Source: Squalus acanthias (lineage: Eukaryota). Taken from it: 64,000 bases of DNA. Both the position numbers and the translations under genes were made by a program. Location of the stretch: positions 155,684,001 to 155,748,000 of the forward strand of contig CM059431.1 in assembly GCA_030390025.1 (NCBI GenBank), in the 5' to 3' direction. The notes beneath the pieces were generated by a model that was not told where the DNA came from, made no database searches, and saw nothing but the letters and a program-made list of their open reading frames with translations. Below, piece by piece: positions 51,756-61,409 of this stretch (positions are counted from its first letter, which is position 1; each line of letters begins with the position of its first letter).

Positions 51756-53837
51756 AAGTTAAGCTGGTGTGTAAAACTGAGAGGAACAAAAGTTTGTTTA
51801 ACAAAGATTAAGTTTCGGTCTAAGATTTAACCTTGGAGTCGCGGTTGCTATGGTGAATTCTTCCAAAGCAGTGTGATTTGATTTGCTTAAAAGTGAAACA
51901 CTAATTTTTCTCCAGTTATATTTAATGTTTTTACAGTTTTTTGGAAAGGCATCTGAAGAATGGACAATAAGAAATATGATGTAATTTATGGTTTTCTACA
52001 AGCATGCATTGTTTTGTTTTGGTTTTTTTTCTGTTCGTGTTCAGTTACGTGAAATGACGCAAGTGCGTGCGTCTGACAATATTTCGCTCCGCCTTCTTAA
52101 AAAAAACCTGCAAAGGTGTTAACCCTTTCCACTGACAACTGTTTAAGTTATAGAAATGAAATTGAACATTGACAAGACCTGTCAGTTCAACAGTACTGCT
52201 GTTTGGATTTCGGGATAATTTTGAAATGACAAAATGAACTCAGGTACTATATATTGGGTTACTTTTGGAAAAATAAAAGGCTCTCTAAAATAATGGAAAT
52301 AAAAAGTGTTAATAACTTGGACCAAGTGAGAATGTTTAATCTATGTTTTCAATCTTAAATATTGTACTGGACAGTAAATTTCCTCCAGGGCTCATGAATG
52401 AGATATGGATGGTAATTAATAGAATGTGTAAAATGGAGAAAGGAAGTGATTGAGGGTGAGATGGAAACAGGAGAATTACACCACCAATTGAGAATTTTCC
52501 AAACTTTCTAGTGAAAGTCAGGAAAGTGTAGTTAAGAATAGTAAATTGATAGCTTTCTCTTGGAGACATTTGTTTCCCTGCCTATAATTAACTTTTTAAG
52601 GAAACTGAACTTGATAGCCTGGCCACTATCAAAGACATCGGGACCATGCAGAGGAAGATGAACAAAGACCTCCAGACAATCTTTTGATAAGATACCTGAA
52701 AGCCCGAGAAAGGCACATGTGGCATGATGTGGAGATACCGATATGAGTGTGCAAATGTGATTTGTTACATGTGATGCAGTTGCCATCCGGGAATGTATGT
52801 TGAATCTGCACTGCAGAACGGGTCTCAGACATGCTCAGTTACTTGATAACAGCAAAACATGAAATGGTTAATGTGGTTCAGGAGAGCGAGACAACTTTTA
52901 AAGCATTGACACATACTCCGTCGAGAAACTATCTAATTAATGAAACAATCAAAATAGAGTTAAATACACTGGTACCTGTTAGAGGGATTGAAATTGAAGT
53001 TGAAGCGAAGAGTTACATGAAATCTGGATTGGGACAATTGAGGGCTAAGGAGAAATCATGTTTAGTAAGAATTATCCACAAGATGGATATGAGTAAAAGA
53101 GAGATCTGGAGAATCTTTTAAGTCCATGATTTGTTGGCTAGATGTTAAAGTGTAATGTCGCTTGAAATGATGTAAGACTGAATTTGACTGTGACTGTAAT
53201 AATTGTGTTTTGTGGGTAACAGAGCGTGAGAAAAACCAGTGCGAATCCAGTATGAGGTGGTTTTGGTGGTGCCTCCTGTGTCACTACTACTGCAATTACC
53301 ATGCGTTATGGGTCTAACAGGACCTGTCCCATCAAACAGCATATTTTTAAGAATGAGCTGCACAATTATGTTGCACAATTCGGATACTACATTCCCCCGT
53401 GTCTGAGGAATTCAGTAAGCTTGTGATGCGACTGAACTCCTCCCTAAAGCATTTTTATGTTTTGGAGCAAGACAATTTGAGAATAGATATTGAAATTGAC
53501 TGCATAGGGGACAACTCAAACTGGTGGGATTTTGGGCTTAATATATCAGCACATCCTTAGATTTGTATTATTTCACACGCTCTGGTACTTCTCCAACTTG
53601 TCATGATAGTGTATTTGATATATGTAGCCTATGTAGTTTGATAAATAAGCCAATTGGGTACTCATGCCTATGACTAACCAACACCAACCCACTAATTGAG
53701 CACACCGAAAGAGAAGATCCAAAGCAATGTAGAGGAGACCCCAGGCGGGGTAACATCAGGGAAGATAGAAGAAACAGAGGATATCCCAGGCGGGGCAGAA
53801 TTGGATCATCGGAACAATGAATTGTATTTGAATAAGG

Positions 53838-54650
53838 GGTCCCTGGGAAAAGATACAAATAGACATTACGGGACCCCTACCGATCTCAAGGGGAAGGGTA
53901 TATTGCTTAGTGATAATAGATCAATTGACAAGATGGGTGGAAGCTTTCCCCACACGAAACTGCGCAGCTGCCACAGTGGCCCGGATAATAGCAGAAGAAA
54001 TAATACCGAGGCGGGGGGTTCCTATTCAAATCGACTCTGACCAGGGAGCCCATTTCACGGGAAAGGTAGTAAAGAATATCTGCGCATGGATGGGAATAAA
54101 ACAAAAATGCCACATTCCCTACCCTCCTCAGAGCTCTGGGATGGTGGAGCGAATGAACCGAACCCTAAAAACCGCATTAGCAAAGGCTCTGAGTGAAACC
54201 CACCAATTTTGGGTAGATGCTCTGCCCACAGTCCTGATGAAATTGCGAGCTATCCCTAATCGAAGGACAGGCTTATCTCCCTATGAATTAATGACAGGGC
54301 GAGCAATGCAACTCACTTATGGAATTATGACGGGGGGAAAGGAACTAGGACCCTTACTGGATAGGATCCGCCGAATTGTCCTTGAATTAATCAAGCAGTT
54401 AAAACAAATGAGACAGCAGGTTAGAGAAAGACAGGAAGAAAATGATTAAAATTTAGACTTAACTGCGTTAAGAAACGTTCCCTTAGCAGGAACAAAAGTA
54501 ATGGTTAAGGTCCTACCTACAAAACAGGGGTTTGCCCCAAGATGGGCCGGTCCTTATCAGGTCCTTATCAGTGGGGACTCGTGTGCCTGTATTGATATAA
54601 AGGGAATGGGAAGGTGGAAAAACTGGACCCAGTTAAAGGTCTATAACCCT
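53838..54650 (+). pseudogene. pol: Retroviral integrase core and GPY C-terminal region
   Basis: PWEKIQIDITGP in frame upstream of ORF 53910..54449; SDQG..VERMN with 35 residues between D and E; stop at 54447-54449, then PRWAGPYQVL. Confidence 0.92.
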
Positions 54651-54709
54651 TCACCAGTGTAGAGATGGACGCAACAAAACAAATACCGAGTGTAAGAAAT
54701 TAGGGAGAG

Positions 54710-55659
54710 TTGAAACCGTACACAGAATGGGAATGGCCCCTGATAAGGGGATTGATCTGGGCATTATGCATCATTCTGATTTGCTTCACATTGGGTTGGA
54801 GTAGATGTGAGCAGAAATACGAATTAAAGAGGACCAGGAGTGGGTACAGTGGTGCATCACTCACGTGTGGGAACTGGAATCTCGGTACAATTCCAAACAT
54901 AACCAGTGTGGGGCAATGGAAGGGTAAAATCATGATGATGAATAACGTATGGAGTAGGTTTGAAGCCTATAATAACACTTATTTCATATGTGGGCAGAAA
55001 GCTTACCCGTGGCTCCCTTTCAATTGGACGGGGTCTTTTATCTGGGGTATGTCGTACCCTTTGTACACCACTGCCTAAACCTCAAGGAACACCCAGCCTA
55101 TCGTTATAAACGAGAAATTAATGAGGCTGAAAAATACTTTGCGATTTATCTACCCCCATACGGAGTCGCAAGAGCTATTAAAGAGGTACGGTTGTTGGCA
55201 GTGATTTTAGAACAGTTTGGGAATGATACAGCAGAAGCTCTAACAGACATGAACGCCGAGATGGTAGCGATAAGGACAGTGGCGCTACAGAACCGAATGG
55301 CACTTGATTACCTCCTAGCAGAAAAAGGGGGAACATGTGCATTGATTGGGACAGAGTGCTGTACATACATTCCTGACAGTTCAGAAAATATAACTGATTT
55401 GGCTGAGCACATACAGAGGGAAGTTCGGAAGATACACGAAACCGCAGGAGCAAACTGGTGGGGATGGTTGTTTGGGGGGACATCGGTTTCATATTTGATG
55501 GATGGACTGATAATTATTCTTGTAATTGGAATTGCACTCTGTGTTACCTTGATGATTTTAAATGCATGTTGTAAGGCAGGTATGGACAGAATGATGCCGG
55601 TTGCTGTAGTCACTATTGAACCAAGCAATGAACAGCCACTACAGGATATCTATATGTAA
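54710..55659 (+). pseudogene. env: Envelope: shortened, frameshifted SU plus open gamma-type TM subunit
   Basis: YFICGQKAYPWLPFNWTG; furin site RYKR; immunosuppressive domain LQNRMALDYLLAEKGGTC; CX6CC (CALIGTECC); hydrophobic TM helix. Confidence 0.92.
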
Positions 55660-55779
55660 GGCTCTTTCCTTTTCATACAGACACCCGACACCGAGGATAG
55701 ATAGAAGGGAGAGGCGAATTTATGATAAATGCGGGAAAGTCAGTATGCCTGACCAGAATTTTTAATTTGGCAAGGTACC

Positions 55780-55791
55780 GAAAGGAGGGAG
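55780..55791 (+). promoter_or_regulatory. Polypurine tract
   Basis: GAAAGGAGGGAG immediately before the 3' LTR. Confidence 0.85.
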
Positions 55792-56075
55792 TGAAAGAGT
55801 TAATTTGAGCTCACTTTAAATTAAAATATAACGAATTAATTGCAAGCTGTTTAAGTTTGAAATGGACATACTTGTAATCATGTGATATTTTGTAACTATG
55901 TGATTGGACAACTCTTCAATAAAAGGTTGTCATTGACAACGAGAGGTCGAGAAGTGAAGCCATCAGACCAAGCAAGGTTCTGTGCCACTTCACCCAGGGA
56001 TCTCTGAATATTAAATAAACTGTTTTTTGCTTTTTACCTATAAACAGACTGGAGTGAAATAATTTCTCCCTAACA
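55792..56075 (+). repeat. 3' LTR (284 bp)
   Basis: Direct repeat of 49075-49357. Confidence 0.95.
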
Positions 56076-57290
56076 ATAATTTTGTCCAGAATTTTGCACA
56101 TTACTCCAGCTGAGGCCTAACTAGTGATTTGTAAGGTTTTACCATTACTTCCTTGTTTTGTATTGAATGTCGCTATTTACATAGCGCAGTACCACATAAG
56201 CTTTCTTAACTGCCTTATCAACTTGCCCTGCCAGCTTTAGGCATTTGTTAATATGCAACCCCATGTCACTCTGCACTTGCAACCCCTCAATATAGAACCA
56301 TTTAGATTTTACTGCCTCACCATGTAGTTCCTCTCAAAATGTATAATTTCACAGTGATCCACATTAAATCGCATCTGCTGTGTGTCTGCCACTTACACCA
56401 GTTTGTCGATGTCCTCCTGAAGTCAGCTATTGTTCTGTTCAATACTTAGTACGTTGCCAGATTTTGTATCATCCGCAAACTTCGAAATTGTAAACCTCAT
56501 GACCATGTCCAGGTCATTTATATGTTGCAAGAAAAGCAATGGTCCGTATACCGACCCTTTGGGGGACCACAATGCACATATATTTTTATTCAGAAAAATA
56601 CATCCGTTCACCACCAATCTCTGCCTACTGTTTCTTTGCGAATTATGTACCAAAGTTACCATCGGCCCTTTAATTCCGTGTGTTCCTATTTTCTGATTAA
56701 GTCTGTTATGTGTTAACTATATCAAATGCCTTTTGCAAGTCCATCAACTGCATTACATTCATCCGAACTCTCTGTTACGTTATCAAAGAAATCAATTAGG
56801 TTAGCCAGACACGATTTGTCTTTAATAAATCCGTGCCAGCTGCCTCTTTTTAGGCAGTGCTTCTCCATGTGAGAATTTTTTGGGCAATGAACTCTACCAG
56901 TTCTCCAATCACTGATTAGACTGATTGGTCAAAATTTACCAGGCCTATCCCTCACACCTTTGCTGCACATGGGTGTACATTTGTAATTCTACAGTCCTTT
57001 GGCAGCACTCCCATTTCCAATCAGGATTAAAAGGTTGTGGTCCGAGGTTCGTGTACCTTCACCCCAGCTTCCCTCAGCAGTCTAGAATGTTTCCCACATG
57101 GACCGGGTGACATGTTACCTATTTAGCAACTAATTTCTGTCTATTTTTATCTTTTACAATATCTCATCTCCCCCGCCTTTCCTGCAACATTAATCGACCC
57201 CACAATCCGTAAAATTATCCTTATGCTTTTATATGTTTATAAAAGATTTTTTGGTTTCATTTTAGGTTACCCGATAATCTTTTCACGTAC
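56076..57290 (-). mobile_element. Old CR1 (mirror of 3690-5290), split by the ERV; continues at 48950-49074 and ~47230-47530
   Basis: ORF 56423..56662 (GPLLFLQHIND, FADD) aligns with 4287..4469. Confidence 0.85.
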
Positions 57291-57644
57291 AACTCTGAAT
57301 ATACAGAGAAATCGGGCAGGACGATTATTGAGGAAAAATCCGGACTCATGAGTGGCATTGATAGGAATCAGTGTAATTTATGTCTCTAATGAAACCCTTC
57401 CATTGTTTGGTTCAGCTTTTACAGAAACCGGCATTCCCGGTATCACTATGTTGAATGTTGACACTGCGGCCCCACCTGTCTGTGGCAATAAGTTTAAATA
57501 TCCCGAAATTACACAGTTCCTCGTTTTCGTTCCCCTCTGGAAAACGTCCCCACAACTTGCTTAAAATGGGCCAGATTCAATCGAGACTAACCTACAAAAT
57601 ATACTTAAAATATTTACATAAAAATGCTCATGATAAAAAATCCT

Positions 57645-57732
57645 TCATTCTGTAATTACAGTTAAAAGATCCGATTCTGAGATTGTCTTCAGAATTTGCT
57701 GTTCTACTGCGATGTGTTCATTGTGCATCAAA
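57645..57732 (-). CDS. NLR-like gene copy B, last coding exon: LMHNEHIAVEQQILKTISESDLLTVITE*
   Basis: ttttcag acceptor, in phase with the previous exon, open to TGA. Confidence 0.75.
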
Positions 57733-57902
57733 CTGAAAAAAAAAATAATATAACGAAAAATTGTTATCAGTAAGCAGTATTCTGTTCACTGTGAGTGACA
57801 ATATTGTTAGATTCATTCAAAACATGTGTTTGCTCGTGTGAATGAGACAAATTCTCCACAAAATAATTAGTTTATTTATTACCCATTACTAGTATATTTA
57901 TT

Positions 57903-59100
57903 AAGAACAGAAGAATGTAATAATTAGGAGCAGGAGTAATCCATACAGCCTCTCGAGCCTGCTCCGCCATTCAATATACTCATGGCTGATCTTCAAACTC
58001 AACTCCACCTTTCTGTTGTATCCCCATATCCCTAGTTTCCCCTGGTGTCCATAGATCTATCTCAGCCTTTGAATGTATTCAACGAATGACCATCCATGGC
58101 ACTTTGGGGCAGAGAATTCCAAAGATTCACAAAACCTCCTCATGTTAGTCTTAAAAAGCCGTCCTCTTATCCTGAGACTATGCCCCCTAGTTCCAAACTC
58201 TCCAGACAGGGGAAACAATCTCTCAGCAAACGATCCTGTCACTACCCCTCAGAATATTATATGATTTAATGAGACCACCTCTCATTCTTCTAAAGTCCAA
58301 AGAGTACAGACCCAATCCACTGAACCTCTTCTCATGGGACAGCACTCTCATCCCAGTAATCAATCTAGTGAACCCTCGTTGCCCCCCCTCTAGGTCTAAT
58401 ATATCCTTCCTTAGGAAACTGTGCCGAGTACTCCAGGTGTGGTCACACCAGCACCCTGTACAATTGCAGCAACACTTCCTTACCGTTGCACTCCAACCCT
58501 CTAGCAATAAATGCCGACATGTCATTTGCCTTCCTAAATGCTTGCTGTACCTGCATGCTAACACTCTGTGTCTCTTGAACTAGGATACCAACTTTAATAG
58601 ATTCTCACCATTTAAATATTTTCTGTTTTTCTATTCTTCCTACTAAAGTGAATAACCGCACATTTCCTTACATTATACTCCATCATCCACATTATTGCCC
58701 ACTCATTTAACCTGTCTATTTCCCTTTACAGGCTCTTTGTGTCCTCCGCACATCTTTCACTTACACCTAGCTTTGTATCGTCAACAAACTTGGATACCAT
58801 CCACTCGGTCCCTTCATCTCGGTCAATAATATAGATTGTAAATATTTGAGGCCCAAGCACTGATTCTTGCGGCATACCACTAGTTACATCTTACCAATCT
58901 GAAAATGACCCGCTTATCCCTACTCTCTGTTTTCTGTCTGTTAAATCATTCTTTATCCAAGCTAATACATTACCCCAAACCCATATGCCCTAAACTTGCT
59001 AAACAACGTTTTAATCTGCACCTTATCGAATGCCTTTTGAAAATCCGTATGTACTACATCGATTGGAAAACTCCTTTAACTACCCTGCTAGATACGGCCT
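57903..59100 (-). mobile_element. 5'-truncated CR1 in the last intron of NLR copy B
   Basis: ORFs 58223..58564 and 58057..58242; CR1 tail at ~57905-57990; absent from the copy A intron. Confidence 0.88.
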
Positions 59101-59175
59101 GAAAGTTAAAGTATAGAAAAATAATTTAATCTTGAAAAACTAATTATTACACAAATATTTATCACGGGAAGTTAC

Positions 59176-59367
59176 CTGATTTCCTTCAGATTACAGCTAC
59201 TCTTAATGAGACTGCGCAATGACGGAACAAATTTGTCAGGTAATCTGTTCGCCTGTTCCCCATACTGATTATCATTACTCAGGTTCAGCTCCATCAGTGA
59301 ACCGTCTACACGGAGGGCAGATACCAGACTTTCCACACAATCATCTGTGAGAGCGTTAGATCTCAAC
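59176..59367 (-). CDS. NLR-like gene copy B, LRR exon (192 nt): LRSNALTDDCVESLVSALRVDGSLMELNL...NLKEI
   Basis: ctgcag/gtaact splice sites; same length and phase as 2245-2436; inside ORF 59172..59483. Confidence 0.88.
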
Positions 59368-59632
59368 CTGCAGTGATCGAAAAATAATGAGTGATTATAT
59401 AAAACGCACACACATTCGCAAGTTAAAATATTCACCACTTGTAAATAATTGCTGAGGAATTCCAAAATCACGGGGGGGATCATGTTCAGGATACATATAT
59501 GCCTTCCCTATTTCTAAATTATTTTCGTCTTAAAGTGAATTGAATAGTGAGAGTTGCTCCTCAGGATTAACACAGTAACTTGATTTTTTTTACATAACTG
59601 TGTTGTTCGATATTTAAAAAAACAATACTCAC

Positions 59633-59719
59633 TCCAATCTTTGTATTTTACAATCATTTTTCATCAGTACTGCAGAGAGCCGTTTCAATCCCGAATCTCT
59701 CAGTTTATTCTCATTGAGT
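59633..59719 (-). CDS. NLR-like gene copy B, LRR exon (87 nt): LNENKLRDSGLKRLSAVLMKNDCKIQRLE
   Basis: ttttag/gtgagt splice sites; 80/87 nt identical to 1892-1978. Confidence 0.88.
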
Positions 59720-60571
59720 CTAAAAACAAATTTAAAAAATCAATAATGTATATGGATTAATGCATCAGACAGGATATATTATTTAGTAAGCTACATATTT
59801 GAGGTTGGACACCTTTGGTATCCTAGTCAGGAATAAAAGACATCTCATTCAAAAACAATTCTATGAGTTGCATTAAGTTAATTAGATATAGAGCATGTGT
59901 TAAAATCAGTGACCATCACAGAGTGCAGTTGCTTGACCCGCCAGTTACTCTAATGCCGGAGATCAAGATTTATACATGCATCTTAAAACGATTGTATGTA
60001 AAGTAGGCATTGCGTAGTTAACAGGTTAAATACAGTAAACCTGCGGTCTTTCTCGAAGAAGAAGCCCCGACAAATGCACCTCACAGGACGATTCTCTTTA
60101 ATAAAACGTTAAATATGGGTACAATCCCTATCTCCGAACTTGTCCCTATTTTTTTAGAAAGTTATCAATTTGATGCTCTGAGGTTCACAAATGCACTTAG
60201 TCCATGCCCAATAACCGCAGCATTTTCTGAGACGGGGTTAGTAAGAAATCACTCTAATGTGTATAAGGACAGATGGAGTGATATTCAATCGCATTATCCT
60301 TTCCTACCGGCCTCTGATTGTGCCATAACATAATTGTACAGCTGGAATGAAGTACTCAGCATTGAGGAGTCGCAGAAGCGAACAAACATTTAACTGTCTT
60401 ACATGGCATAATTGAGCTCAACAACAATGTCATGATCGAGGAATTGGAATCTTTCAAATTGTACAGCAACATATCGCTTATAATTTAATCAAACTGGAAA
60501 ACAAAACAATTGTATTTTTTATTTTCTAAATAAAAGCCAAAAATGTTCGTGCAGACAATGTACCAGTGGCA

Positions 60572-61200
60572 CTTCTTGACAGATCGCACGCATTCCCAGG
60601 AGAAGGGCCTCCGCGGGTGGAGAGTTGCGCTTTTGCACAACTTCTGCCCGCTGAAAGCCTGTCAAAATGTCACGCCTTTTAAAAGCAGCCGTAAGACCTG
60701 CTTTTAACAGCATAAGAGTTTTAAAAAATAGATAAATAAAATTTGATCACTAATTTATCAATTAAATATCCTCTTAAAAAAGCTACGTTCATTTTTAGCC
60801 CCGTAAAAACATTTAATTATTATTTTCACAAAATTAAATTTTGGTTTAAAATATTTACTTAAATGTCATTTTAATTCATTTTAAATATGTAATATCTGTT
60901 TAATTTATTTAATGATTTATTGTGTTTATATTTGTGATCCCCATTCAAACATTTGACATTCATGTGCTTCAAATTTATGAAGGGGGTTTCCCTTCTTTCA
61001 TTCTTTCGCCTGGCCCACGTGATTCCAGGGGCGCTTGCGAACCCCATGCGCCTTTGGATACCTGGGCCTCTGCGCATTTCGAAGAGCAGAGGCCCAGGAT
61101 CGCAAGCCCCGGTATCTACGGAACCTGCAGGTAAGTTCGTAGATTTTTTCCAATCGGAGGCATCGGCCCGCAGGAAGCCTCCGATCGGAATCTCAGGGCC
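60572..61200 (-). mobile_element. MITE family A, one end truncated
   Basis: Same body and hairpins; terminus CCGATCGGAATCTCAGGGCC|aat. Confidence 0.8.
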
Positions 61201-61409
61201 AATATCCCACCTGCCAGTAAACAGTTGCTTTCTAAAATGATCAAGGGAAGTGGTAACAGAGGCGCTATTACATATATTTAATAATTAACAGAAAAAGTTG
61301 TCGTTTCAGAGCATAGAATCATAGTCAAAGAGTCATAGAGTTATACAGCACAGAAAGTGGCCCATCGGCCCATCGTGTCTGCGCCGAACATCAAACCCTG
61401 TCTATTCAA

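Larger units (their letters stand above)
49075..56075 (+). mobile_element. Endogenous retrovirus, internally deleted provirus (7.0 kb)
   Basis: Paired TG..CA LTRs, PBS, PPT, NC-PR, RT remnants, integrase and env in canonical order; interrupts a CR1. Confidence 0.95.
25351..60570 (-). repeat. Right arm of ancient inverted segmental duplication
   Basis: See left arm; longer because of arm-specific LINE, MITE, SINE and ERV insertions. Confidence 0.9.
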
